Of a stretch of DNA of 21,402 nt, positions 7,778 through 16,670 are shown piece by piece. Within the stretch, counting starts at the first letter, position 1. The number at the start of each line of letters is the position of its first letter. Below the pieces are notes generated by a model. That model was not told the origin of the DNA. It saw nothing but the letters and a program-made list of their open reading frames with translations, and ran no database searches. Source of the DNA: a bacterium (GTDB taxonomy: Bacteria > Lernaellota > Lernaellaia > JACKCT01); the NCBI GenBank assembly GCA_019912885.1, contig JAIOHV010000207.1, positions 1 to 21,402 of the forward strand. Reading direction: 5' to 3'. The position numbers were made by a program, and so were the translations under genes.

Positions 7778-9184
7778 GTGTACATGATCATTTTCTTCTC
7801 GATTCTTGGCGTCTCGGTTTTCGGAATCCTTCTCGCGGCGATCTCGCGCTACAAGCGATGTCCGTCGGATCGAGTGCTCGTCATCTACGGGCGCACGGGG
7901 CGCGACAAGCACGGCGAGGCGCGCGCGGCCAAGTGCATCCACGGCGGCGCGGCGTTCGTTTGGCCGCTTTTTCAGGGCTACCAGTTCCTCGATCTGACGC
8001 CGATCGCGATCGACATCGACCTGCGTTCCGCGCTGTCCAAACAGAACATCCGCATCAACATCCCCTCCGTGTTCACGGTCGGCATCTCGACGGATGACGG
8101 CGTGATGCAAAACGCGGCCGAGCGCCTGCTTGGCCTTCCGCACAACCTCGTCAAGACGATCGCGGAGGACATCATCTTCGGCCAGCTTCGCCTGACGATC
8201 GCGATGATGGACATTGAGGAGATCAACTCCGACCGCGACAAGTTTCTGCTGAACGTTTCCGACAACGTCGAGACGGAGCTCAAGAAGGTCGGCCTGCGTC
8301 TCATCAACGTGAACATCAAGGACATCACGGACGAGTCGGGCTACATCGAAGCGCTCGGACAGGAAGCGGCGGCGCATGCGATCAACGAGGCGAAAAAGAA
8401 GGTCGCCGAAAAGACGCGCGACGGCTCCATCGGCCAGGCCAACGCCGAGCGCGAGCAGCGCATCCAGGTCGCGGCGGCGAACGCGACGGCGGTGGAGGGC
8501 GAAAACCGGTCCGCGGTGGATATCGCCAACAGCGCGGCCGAACGGCGAGTGAAGGAGGCGGAGGCCGAGCGCCTTTCGACCGCGGCGGAGAAGGTCGCGA
8601 GTGCGAATGCGTTGGCGGAAGCGTACGAGGCCGAGCAGGCGGCGGAGAAACGGCGCGCGGATCGTGACCGGGCGACGCAATACGCGAACACGGTCGTCGC
8701 GGCGCAAATCGCCAAGGAGCGGGTGGAGATTCAGGCGGAGGCGGAGGCCGAGCGCCTGCGCCGCGAGGCCAAGGGCCGCGGCGACGCGACGTACGCGGAG
8801 ATGGAAGGCCGTGCGCGCGGCATGTACGAGCAGCTCGCCAAACAGGCCGAGGGCCTGAAGGAATACGTCAACGCGGCGGGCGGCGACGCGAACAAGGCGG
8901 TGATGCTGATGATTGCGCAGCAGATGCCGGAGATCGCGAAGATTCAGGTGGAGGCGATCAAAAACCTGGAGTTCGACAAGATCGTCGTGTGGGATTCGGG
9001 CGGCGGCGATGGCAAATCGTCCACCGCGAATTTCGTCTCCGGCCTGCTGAAAGTCGTCCCGCAGTTCCAGGATCTGTTCCAGATGGTCGGCATGAGCCTG
9101 CCGGAGTATTTCGGCAAACGCGCGAACGGGGAGACGGGCGAGCAGGTGGAGAAGGTGGATTTCACGATGCCCGAGAGGAAGTAG
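7778..9184 (+). CDS. floT: Flotillin (SPFH/band-7 family, FloT/YuaG-like).
   Basis: 468 aa. N-terminal TM segment, then SPFH domain (VLVIYGRTG...AFVWPLFQ...INVNIKDITD). Long Ala/Glu-rich coiled-coil region (EAEAERLRREAKG...). GTG start with GGAAAGGAA RBS. The antisense 571-aa ORF is an artefact. Confidence 0.9.
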   Translation: MYMIIFFSILGVSVFGILLAAISRYKRCPSDRVLVIYGRTGRDKHGEARAAKCIHGGAAFVWPLFQGYQFLDLTPIAIDIDLRSALSKQNIRINIPSVFTVGISTDDGVMQNAAERLLGLPHNLVKTIAEDIIFGQLRLTIAMMDIEEINSDRDKFLLNVSDNVETELKKVGLRLINVNIKDITDESGYIEALGQEAAAHAINEAKKKVAEKTRDGSIGQANAEREQRIQVAAANATAVEGENRSAVDIANSAAERRVKEAEAERLSTAAEKVASANALAEAYEAEQAAEKRRADRDRATQYANTVVAAQIAKERVEIQAEAEAERLRREAKGRGDATYAEMEGRARGMYEQLAKQAEGLKEYVNAAGGDANKAVMLMIAQQMPEIAKIQVEAIKNLEFDKIVVWDSGGGDGKSSTANFVSGLLKVVPQFQDLFQMVGMSLPEYFGKRANGETGEQVEKVDFTMPERK

Positions 9185-9237
9185 GAGTGAGCAGAAAACA
9201 ATAACGCGTGTTAACGAAACGACGCCACCGCCGCGGG

Positions 9238-9265
9238 TTGACGCTCGCGCCTCGCCGGTTATCCT
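9238..9265 (+). promoter_or_regulatory. Candidate sigma70-type promoter, TTGACG-N16-TATCCT, for the vWA lipoprotein gene.
   Basis: Read directly. The predicted TSS is about 9272. This argues for the ATG at 9306 (GGAG 7 nt upstream) rather than 9267 as the start. Confidence 0.35.
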
Positions 9266-9305
9266 CATGATATTGAAATTCATTCTTGGGGCCTGGAGCA
9301 CTTTT

Positions 9306-10205
9306 ATGACTATTCATAAGTGGACGGCGATCGCGATCGCCTCGGTTTTTCTGTTGACGGCCATGAGCGCGTGCGACGAAGCGAAGGATGCCATTGCGAA
9401 GGCGGCGGGTGACGATGGTGTCTGGTGCCTCGACGAATTGCTTGAACTTGCCGGTACGAGCCGCGAGGAACTCGGCGACGAAGGCAACGACATCCTCGAG
9501 GACGTGCTCTCCGCGCAGGAGGATCTGCTCGGGCAATCCTTCGTGATCGATTGCGAGGCGACGGCCGCGGCGGACGAGATGACCTCCGACGACGACGACG
9601 CGGCCGACGACGATCATGCAAATGACGACGATGCGGCGGACGACGATGCGACGGATGACGGCAATGAAAACACGCGCGTCGCCGAAGACGCGGACGACGT
9701 GCCGGTCGCGATTCTGGATATCCTCAAGGAGCGCGGCGGACCGGGCGAGGATGTTGCGGTGCTCGTCGACGGCACGGCCAGCATGGGAGACGACCAGCAG
9801 GCGGTGCTGGCCAACCTCGACGCGATCCTCGGCGAAGTGAAAGAGCAGGGCGGGCGGCTAGCGCTCGCGTATTTCCGCGACAACCAGGACTGCTCCGATC
9901 CGTGGTACGGCGTGAACGAATCGGGCCTCGTCGCCCTGGACGCGGCGGGCGAGGCGGAGATCGAGGAATTCCTCAGCCTGATGCCGCACACCGGCGGCTG
10001 CGCGTTGCCGGAGTCGTTGTACGACGGCATCTGGGAAACAGCGACGGTCCTCGACTGGCAGGCGGATGTCCGGCTGTTGATCTCGATCACCGATGCCCCG
10101 CCGCTTGAAGGCGACGACACCAATCACAGTCTCGCCGAGGTGAAGGCGAAGCTCGACGAGCTCGACATCGAGCTGAACGCGATCACCGTGGGGATTTCGT
10201 ACTAA
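9306..10205 (+). CDS. von Willebrand factor type A (vWA) domain lipoprotein with an acidic linker.
   Basis: Signal peptide plus lipobox MTIHKWTAIAIASVFLLTAMSAC with Asp at +2. Acidic DDDDAADDDHANDDDAADDDATDDGN tract. MIDAS-like VLVDGTASMGDD. Typical vWA beta-alpha alternation through ...LLISITDAPP... Confidence 0.8.
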   Translation: MTIHKWTAIAIASVFLLTAMSACDEAKDAIAKAAGDDGVWCLDELLELAGTSREELGDEGNDILEDVLSAQEDLLGQSFVIDCEATAAADEMTSDDDDAADDDHANDDDAADDDATDDGNENTRVAEDADDVPVAILDILKERGGPGEDVAVLVDGTASMGDDQQAVLANLDAILGEVKEQGGRLALAYFRDNQDCSDPWYGVNESGLVALDAAGEAEIEEFLSLMPHTGGCALPESLYDGIWETATVLDWQADVRLLISITDAPPLEGDDTNHSLAEVKAKLDELDIELNAITVGISY

Positions 10206-10232
10206 GTCGCGGTGGCATAAAGCCCGTCGCGC

Positions 10233-12596
10233 TCAAAACGACGTCGCGGCCGCGACCAGTCCGGTCAAATCCAGCGACACGCGGTAGATCGTCTCGCGCT
10301 CGGGGATCGTGCGGCGTTCGATCTGGAAGATCAGGTTCCAGCAGTCTTGCAGGCTGTGGAATTCGACGCCGTAGATGCGTTCGATGAAGTCTTCGTCGAT
10401 GAAACTGTAGCGCGCCAGGTACGAGAGCGACATCCATTCGAAGAAGGCGTAGCGCGCGATGCCGGTGAGGTTGTCGATGGCGACAAGGTCCGACGCCGCG
10501 CCACTTGCGATGCGGCGCGCGTCGTCCACCGATGACGGATCCTCCGGCGGCAGTTCCGGGTCCGCGATCGCGTAGCGGTACTCCACCGCAAGCTCGTCGT
10601 CGTTGACGGTGCCAAGAGCGCCGAGCACGCGCAACGACGTGAACTGATCGTCGTACAGGTTGTAGTCCACCCCCGAACGCACGACCGCCTTGTTGACGAA
10701 GCGGCCCAGGGCGTAGAGCGATTCGAGTTCCGCGCGCACCGGGCCGAGCGGGCGGCGCTCTTCGCCCTCCGGGATATCCTCGCGCTGCGCTTCGCGCATG
10801 TCGAACGCGTGCGAGAGGCGAAGGTCCAGGAGCTTGGCCGTCTCGTACATGCGCGCGCCCGGGCGCAGGTAGCGCAGCCACAGGCGATTGGAGACGTAGT
10901 AGGTCACGAGATTTTCCGGAAAAACGCGGTCGGCGCCATCGAACACGGGCAGCGTCTCCTGATCGACCGGGGGGATATACGAATAACGCACGCCCGGCTC
11001 GATCTGGTGCTTCCAGCCCTTCACGACCGGGCCGACGACGGGGAAGGCGCGCTCGGTACGCGTGAATAGGTCCGTGCGTACCTCGTAGAGATGACGCGCG
11101 GGCAGCTCGTCCTCGTTCTCCTGGCGGTCGGGCAACTCGTACACCGTTTCGCGCAGCGTGAACGACGGCAAAAGGAACGCGTAGCGATCGAATTGGATCG
11201 GCGCGAGGATTTCCGGCGCGATCTCCAGGCGCCGCCCCGCGGTCATGAAATAGTAGGGGCGCTCGTGGCCAAGTTCCGCCTCGCGGGCGCGCTCGTCGGG
11301 CGAGACTTTTTCGCGGTGGAAACTCGCGGCGGCCACGCGCGCGCGAAGCGCCAGCGGCAGCGAGCCGATCTGCATCGGCATGACGTCGTAGAGAACCTCG
11401 GGCAGCACCTGCCACGTGTAGCTGTTGTCTTCCTCGTCCAGGCTGTCGAAGGTGCGAAAGTCGAGGTTCGCGCTCGTGTTTTTTTCGAGGTTGTTGAGAA
11501 TGACGTCCGAGCGCAGGAAGCGGTCGTAGCGCGCGTTGATGTCGCGCGGGAAATCGACGACGTACTGATTGTCGGAAACCGTGTTGACGCCCGCGCGCAA
11601 GTACAGGCGCCGCCACACGTTTTGATAATGCTCGAATCCTAGCGCCCAGCGACGGTCGCCGAACTTGAAGTCGTCGATGTAATCCAGATCGAATACGCCG
11701 CGCGTTTGCGGCGCGAGCGCGTAGCGATATTCCACGCCCTCCTTCAGGCCGCGCTTTTCGTAGTAGTCGGAGTAGAGCGTCGCGTCGACGTGTTCGTCGA
11801 TCGCCCAGAAAAACGGGATGCCGAGGTGCCAACCGTCGTCGGACGACCACCCGAACTCGGGCGAAAGGAAGCCGGTCTGCCGCGTGATCTTCGCGGGCAG
11901 CACGCCAAATGGAATATACGCCACCGGCGCGCCGCCCATGTACAGCCGCGCGCGGCGCACGAGCGCGTAGCCGTCGAGCGTCACGTCGATCTCGTCGGCC
12001 TCGACGTGCCAGTCGGCCTCGTCCTCGTCGCAATCGCAGGTGGTGTACCAGCCCTCGGCGATGAAGTAGCGATCCTCGCCGATCTTTTCTACGCGCCGGC
12101 CCCGGAACCTGTATACCGAATCGCCCGCGTGCACGACGACCGAACCGTCCACGATGACGCCGCGTCTTGTGCGAAAATTCAGGTGCACCGCCGGCGCGCG
12201 CAACTCGCCGTCCGCGTTGCCGATGACGACGTTGCCCTCGGCGGACGCCGTCTGTTCGACCATGTCGATGAGCACGCGGTCGGCCTCGATGACGTTGTCG
12301 CCCTGCGTGGCGCGGACGTGTCCCGAGGCGCGATAGGTGTCGGAGGCGCTGTCGTAGTCGATGCGATCCGCGGACAATACGACCGGCTCGTCCGATTCGA
12401 AAATGTCGCCGAACGCGGCGGGCACGGCGGACGTGCCGCGATCGACCTGGGCACCTTCGGAGACGTGTTCCGGCGGCGGTGCGGCGCCGGATTCTTCTTG
12501 CGCGAAGGCGGGCGACGAAGAAAGGCCGATCAATAAACAAACGACCGCCGCGGCCAGGGCGCGGCGGCGCGGGTTATCGTCGGTTCGATCCGGCAC
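10233..12596 (-). CDS. lptD: LPS-assembly outer-membrane protein LptD (OstA/Imp).
   Basis: 787 aa. Signal peptide RRRALAAAVVCLLIGLSSSPAFAQ. N-terminal OstA domain (RIDYDSASDTYRASGHVRATQGDNVIEADRVLID...). Large C-terminal region rich in Y/W/R beta-strand pattern, with ...TTCDCDEDEADWHVEA... and a C-terminal aromatic end. The 785-aa ORF in another frame is spurious. Confidence 0.9.
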   Translation of the reverse strand: MPDRTDDNPRRRALAAAVVCLLIGLSSSPAFAQEESGAAPPPEHVSEGAQVDRGTSAVPAAFGDIFESDEPVVLSADRIDYDSASDTYRASGHVRATQGDNVIEADRVLIDMVEQTASAEGNVVIGNADGELRAPAVHLNFRTRRGVIVDGSVVVHAGDSVYRFRGRRVEKIGEDRYFIAEGWYTTCDCDEDEADWHVEADEIDVTLDGYALVRRARLYMGGAPVAYIPFGVLPAKITRQTGFLSPEFGWSSDDGWHLGIPFFWAIDEHVDATLYSDYYEKRGLKEGVEYRYALAPQTRGVFDLDYIDDFKFGDRRWALGFEHYQNVWRRLYLRAGVNTVSDNQYVVDFPRDINARYDRFLRSDVILNNLEKNTSANLDFRTFDSLDEEDNSYTWQVLPEVLYDVMPMQIGSLPLALRARVAAASFHREKVSPDERAREAELGHERPYYFMTAGRRLEIAPEILAPIQFDRYAFLLPSFTLRETVYELPDRQENEDELPARHLYEVRTDLFTRTERAFPVVGPVVKGWKHQIEPGVRYSYIPPVDQETLPVFDGADRVFPENLVTYYVSNRLWLRYLRPGARMYETAKLLDLRLSHAFDMREAQREDIPEGEERRPLGPVRAELESLYALGRFVNKAVVRSGVDYNLYDDQFTSLRVLGALGTVNDDELAVEYRYAIADPELPPEDPSSVDDARRIASGAASDLVAIDNLTGIARYAFFEWMSLSYLARYSFIDEDFIERIYGVEFHSLQDCWNLIFQIERRTIPERETIYRVSLDLTGLVAAATSF

Positions 12597-12621
12597 CGGG
12601 CGTCGTCGGCGCCCCGCCGGA

Positions 12622-13941
12622 TCAGGCGTCCGGTCCGAGGATCAACTCGCGGACCTGTCCGACAAGATACAGCGAACCGGTGACGACGATCGTGCCGTTG
12701 CTCCCGGAGAGGCTGCGCGCCAGCGAGAGCGCCTGAACGGGATCGGGGATCACGTGAATGTGCGCGAACTTGCCGCGCGCGCGGTGACCGAGATCGGTCG
12801 CGTCGAGCGAGCGCTCGTGCGTCAGGCAGGTCAGCACGACGGTATCCGACATGCGCCGAACCTGGTCGAGGATGCCGTCGACGTCCTTGTCCGACATGAT
12901 CGCCACGACGGGGATGAGCGGCTTGGGCACATTTTCGACTTCGAGGGTATCGGCCAGCGCCCGGACCGCGGACGGGTTGTGCGCGCCGTCGAGCACGACA
13001 AACGGGGCGCGCGCGACGATCTCGAAGCGCCCCGGCCAGCGTACGCGTGCGAGACCCCGGCGCACGGCGTCGTTGGAGATGCGGAATCCCGCGTCGCGAA
13101 GCTCGAGGCAGGCGACGGCGGCAAGCGACGAATTCATGATCTGATGCTTGCCGGGCAAGGGCGAACGCAGTCCCCACAGCCACGTGCCGTACCAGGACAG
13201 GTCGAAGGTGCGGTGGTCCGGGTGGATCTTCGGCGACTCGTCGACGATCGTCAGCGGCGCGCCGACGCGGCCGGCCACGCGGCGCAGCGATTCCAGGACT
13301 TCGGGCGCGCCGCCGAGCGCGATGGCGGGAACGCCCTCGCGGAAGATGCCGGCCTTTTCGCGGGCGATCTCCTCGAGCGACTTGCCGAGGTGCTTTTCGT
13401 GGTCGTAGTCGATGGCGGTCACGACGGACAGAACCGGGTCAAGCGAGTTGGTCGCGTCCAGGCGGCCGCCCATGCCCACTTCCATCACCGCGACCTCGCA
13501 TCCGGTTTCCGCGAAATGCAGACAACCAAGCGCGGTGGTGAACTCGAAAAAGGTGATGGGAATCTGTCCCGCGGTGTCCGCGCCGCCCTGGAGGGCGTCG
13601 AGCTCGCGCCAGATGCGCTCCGAATGGCGGACGAGGTCGCGCTGGCTGATTTCCTGGCCGTCGACGCGCATGCGCTCGGTGAAGCGGATGAGGTGGGGTG
13701 AGGTGAACAAGCCCGTCTTGTGCCCGCTTTCGCGCAGGATCGCGGCGAGGCTCGCCGAGACGATGCCCTTGCCGTTGGTTCCGGCGACGAGGATGACGCC
13801 GAACTTTTCCTGCGGGTTTCCAAGGCGCGCGAGAAGGCGTCGGATGTTCGTCAGCCCGAGCTTCATCCCGAACGACTGCAGATCCTGGATGCGCTGCATC
13901 GCCTCTCGGTACCCGGCGAGCCGGCGGCCGGTCTTTGCCAT
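12622..13941 (-). CDS. folC: Bifunctional folylpolyglutamate synthase / dihydrofolate synthase.
   Basis: Mur-ligase P-loop VAGTNGKGIVSASL. FGMKLGLTNIRRLLARLGNP is FolC-like. The start is placed at MAKTG (13941) by similarity to FolC N-termini. In-frame alternatives exist at 13965, 13980, 13986 and 14031. It sits 26 bp upstream of lptD on the same strand. Confidence 0.88.
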   Translation of the reverse strand: MAKTGRRLAGYREAMQRIQDLQSFGMKLGLTNIRRLLARLGNPQEKFGVILVAGTNGKGIVSASLAAILRESGHKTGLFTSPHLIRFTERMRVDGQEISQRDLVRHSERIWRELDALQGGADTAGQIPITFFEFTTALGCLHFAETGCEVAVMEVGMGGRLDATNSLDPVLSVVTAIDYDHEKHLGKSLEEIAREKAGIFREGVPAIALGGAPEVLESLRRVAGRVGAPLTIVDESPKIHPDHRTFDLSWYGTWLWGLRSPLPGKHQIMNSSLAAVACLELRDAGFRISNDAVRRGLARVRWPGRFEIVARAPFVVLDGAHNPSAVRALADTLEVENVPKPLIPVVAIMSDKDVDGILDQVRRMSDTVVLTCLTHERSLDATDLGHRARGKFAHIHVIPDPVQALSLARSLSGSNGTIVVTGSLYLVGQVRELILGPDA

Positions 13942-14277
13942 CTTCCGTTTCGGCCCGCCGGCCATGTCCAGTCGGTTCATTTGCATACGTTCTTTCTTTA
14001 ATTGCCGCCGATTCGTTTCGGCCGCCGTCATCGTTTTCCTTGCGCGATCAGGTTCGTTCCCTACGCGCCCAAGCCAATTATCACGCGGTCACTCGTGCGT
14101 TTCTGTAACTTGCGATCCTGTCATTCGATCCCGCGAAATCGGGAAATTCACCGAAAACCCGTTGTTGTGACGCGAAATCGGCTCCAACAGAAAACAGAAA
14201 CCCCGCGGACAAAGAGAGTTCCACGATGACGGCAGGAAGGGAAAATGACCGGCACTTGCGCCATGCGAACCGGTGTT

Positions 14278-14307
14278 TTGCTACCGCTGCCCCGCCAGCC
14301 GTAAAAT
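14278..14307 (+). promoter_or_regulatory. Candidate sigma70 promoter, TTGCTA-N18-TAAAAT, driving the kimA leader.
   Basis: Read directly. The -35 overlaps the shared GAACCGGTGTTTT motif. The predicted TSS is about 14315, at the start of the riboswitch-like region. Confidence 0.3.
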
Positions 14308-14310
14308 ACG

Positions 14311-14480
14311 AGCCGAAAATCGAGCGGGAATATAGTGCAAACGCACCCCATAATTCAAGAAATTTTTTCATTCTGAACGACGATTCAGTTTTCGGGCTCG
14401 CGATTTTGGGCGTTTTGTGCCTTGCGGAGCGCGAAAATGCCGAAAAGCGCGCCTGGCGCCCGACCTTGCGCTGAGCGCCT
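14311..14480 (+). promoter_or_regulatory. Candidate ydaO-type c-di-AMP riboswitch in the kimA 5' leader.
   Basis: The downstream gene is a clear KimA homologue. kimA is a classic ydaO-riboswitch target. The leader is 540 bp, ORF-free and lower in GC. It contains CCGAAAAUCGAGCGGGAAUAUAG, UUUUGGGCGUU and CGCCCGACCUUGCGCUGAGCGCC. These resemble the conserved CCGAAUCC..ACGGRGGA, UUUUUGGGGUU and ACCCGAC..GCUAA..C blocks of ydaO aptamers as I recall them. I could not run a covariance model. Confidence 0.4.
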
Positions 14481-14570
14481 CACCGTGCGAAATAACGCGC
14501 CCGTGAAGGATCCCGCGTCATTGAATCTCGCCCGGATTTCCGTCCGGCAGAGTCGAAGCGGGCGCAAGTC

Positions 14571-16646
14571 ATGAGCCTGCGCGATCGCCTCGGGCGCATC
14601 CTATACGGCGCTCCGAAGGACGTGCGGGAGCCGGGCGCGTTTCACAAGCTGTCCCTGGTCGCATTTTTGGCGTGGGTCGGTCTTGGCGCGGACGGCCTCT
14701 CGTCGAGCGCTTACGGCCCCGAGGAGACATTCCGTCAGCTCGGCGAGCATCGCGGCCTGGCCGTGTTCCTCGCGCTGGCGATGGTCGCCACGGTCCTCAT
14801 CATCAGCTACGGCTATAGCCGCATCATCGAGCAATTTCCGACCGGCGGCGGCGGATACCTCGTCGTCAGCAAGGTGCTCGGCGGCCCGGCGGGCGTCTCG
14901 GCCGGTAGCGCGTTGCTCGTGGATTACGTCCTGACGATCACGATTTCGATCGCCGCCGGCGCCGACGCGATCTTCAGTTTCTTGCCGCCGCGCTGGCATG
15001 CATTTGAATTGCCGCTCGCCTTCGCGGGCGTCGCGGTGCTGACGATCCTCAATCTGCGAGGCGTCAAGGAATCCGTCACGACCATCGCGCCAATCTTCGC
15101 TCTATTTATCGTGACGCATGCAATTCTGCTCATCGTGAGCATCGGCGGGCACCTTCCACAATTTCCGGCGGTCGCACACGAGGTCCGAACGGATGTTTCC
15201 GGCACACTCTCGGTTCTCGGGGTGTTCGGCACGCTGAAACTCCTGATGCATGCCTATTCGCTTGGCGGAGGAACGTACACGGGGATCGAGGCGGTCTCAA
15301 ACGGCGTCAGCATTATGCGCGAACCGCGCGTGGAAACCGCCAAGCGCACCATGGTCATGATGGCGGTCTCGTTATCGATCATGGCGTCGGGATTGCTGTT
15401 GAGCTATCTCCTGTGGAAGGTCGAACCCGCGGGCAACAAGACGATGAACGCGGTGCTTCTCGAAAAGGTCGCAAGCGGTTGGACGCTTGCCGGCATCGAA
15501 ATCGGATATCCGTTCGTCATCGTCGCGCTTGTCAGCGAGGCGGCGCTGCTATTCATTGCGGCGCAGGCGGGATTCCTCGACGGACCGCGCGTCATGGCGA
15601 ATATGGCCGTGGATTCCTGGTTGCCGCATCGGTTCGCCGCGCTGTCCGAGCGTCTCACCATGCGGAACGGTATCGTTCTGATGGGTGGAGCCGCGCTCGC
15701 CGCTCTCGTCTATACGAACGGGCGTGTTTCCGAGCTCGTCGTAATGTACGCGATCAACGTCTTCGTGACGTTTTCGCTATCCAACATCGCGATGACGGTC
15801 TATTGGTTGCGCCGCCGAAATTCCGATCCGTCGTGGGCCAGGCACCTTCCCGCGCATGTCGTTGCGGCGGCGCTTTGCCTGTTGATTCTAACGGTCACGG
15901 TGATCGAGAAGTTTCTCGAAGGCGGTTGGCTGACGCTTCTGATCACGCTCGCACTCGTGGTGCTCTGCCTTATGGTCAAACGCCATTACGGGCGCGTGGG
16001 AAGGGCGATCCGCAGACTCGACGAGGAGCTGCCCGGGCCGGAGAAAAGCCCAGAGATTTACGCGACGCCCACGCGCCATGCGCCAAAACGGCCGCCCGAT
16101 CCGCGTGAACCGGTCGCCATCCTGCTGGTCGGCGGATACGGCGGTCTTGGCCGGCACGCACTAATGACGCTGCTCCGCATGTTCCCGAACCAGTTCCAGG
16201 GCGTCGTTTTCGTTTCGATCGCGGTCGTCGATTCCGATGTGTTCAAGGGTGCAAGCGAAATCCCCGCGCTGGAGAATCGCACGCAGGAGCATCTGCGTGC
16301 GTATGAGCATTTCGCGTCGGTGCTCGGGCTGCGCAGCGCGAGCCGTTACGTCGTCGGGACCGAGGTTGTCGCCGAGGCCGAAAAGCTGATCATGGAAATC
16401 GCGGGCGAGCACCCGCGCGCGCTAGTCGTCGGCGGTCAGATCGTTTTTCCGGAGACGACGACGTGGAACCGGTTTCTGCACAATGAAACCGCGTTCCTCA
16501 TTCAGCGGCGTCTCCAGCACAACGGCGTCCCCATGATCGTTCTGCCGGTATTGCTGGACTTGCAGGAAAAGCGCGGCCATCGCCCGCCGGGCGCGCTGCG
16601 CGGCCGATCGTCGCTGGCGGAGTTGCCGCCGGCCGGGCACGCCTGA
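14571..16646 (+). CDS. kimA: KimA-type K+/H+ symporter (APC-superfamily membrane domain plus C-terminal cytoplasmic domain).
   Basis: 691 aa. Block-wise similarity to B. subtilis KimA: DGLSSSAYGPEE~DALSSVAYGTEQ; FPTGGGGYLVVSKVLGGPAGVSAGSALLVDYVLTITISIAAGADAI~YPQGGGAYIVSKENLGEKPGLIAGGSLLVDYILTVAVSISAGTDAI; LNLRGVKES~LNLRGLSES; C-terminal FPETTTWNRFLHNETAFLIQRRL~FPQFITKKRWHTILHNQSAFLLRVRL. Codon usage is less GC3-biased than gyrA or lptD. Confidence 0.88.
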   Translation: MSLRDRLGRILYGAPKDVREPGAFHKLSLVAFLAWVGLGADGLSSSAYGPEETFRQLGEHRGLAVFLALAMVATVLIISYGYSRIIEQFPTGGGGYLVVSKVLGGPAGVSAGSALLVDYVLTITISIAAGADAIFSFLPPRWHAFELPLAFAGVAVLTILNLRGVKESVTTIAPIFALFIVTHAILLIVSIGGHLPQFPAVAHEVRTDVSGTLSVLGVFGTLKLLMHAYSLGGGTYTGIEAVSNGVSIMREPRVETAKRTMVMMAVSLSIMASGLLLSYLLWKVEPAGNKTMNAVLLEKVASGWTLAGIEIGYPFVIVALVSEAALLFIAAQAGFLDGPRVMANMAVDSWLPHRFAALSERLTMRNGIVLMGGAALAALVYTNGRVSELVVMYAINVFVTFSLSNIAMTVYWLRRRNSDPSWARHLPAHVVAAALCLLILTVTVIEKFLEGGWLTLLITLALVVLCLMVKRHYGRVGRAIRRLDEELPGPEKSPEIYATPTRHAPKRPPDPREPVAILLVGGYGGLGRHALMTLLRMFPNQFQGVVFVSIAVVDSDVFKGASEIPALENRTQEHLRAYEHFASVLGLRSASRYVVGTEVVAEAEKLIMEIAGEHPRALVVGGQIVFPETTTWNRFLHNETAFLIQRRLQHNGVPMIVLPVLLDLQEKRGHRPPGALRGRSSLAELPPAGHA

Positions 16647-16670
16647 AACGGCGGCGCGGGCGCGGTATCG

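Noticed and set aside
9267-9305. Upstream ATG (MILKFILGAW...) as the start of the vWA lipoprotein.
   Set aside because: It lies at or upstream of the predicted TSS of the TTGACG-N16-TATCCT promoter and has no RBS. The ATG at 9306 has GGAG 7 nt upstream and begins a proper signal peptide.
14240-14285. Possible sigma54 promoter (CGGCAC...TGC) near the shared motif.
   Set aside because: The spacing between the GG and GC elements does not fit TGGCAC-N5-TTGC.
14226-14474. 82-aa + strand ORF, and the neighbouring small ORFs at 14002-14229 and 14081-14371 (-), inside the kimA leader.
   Set aside because: They have no RBS, atypical composition and no recognisable features. The region is better explained as non-coding leader with a riboswitch candidate. 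I also checked whether NDDSVFGLAIL... could be a tmRNA tag. It does not end in the AA or ALAA-type tag, and there is no tRNA-like fold.
14032-14570. RNase P RNA, SRP RNA or 6S RNA in the long non-coding gap.
   Set aside because: I could not find the conserved RNase P blocks (GGAAAGUCCGG / ACAGAANCCGGCUUA) or the SRP domain IV motif. 'ACAGAAACCCCGC' is only a superficial resemblance.
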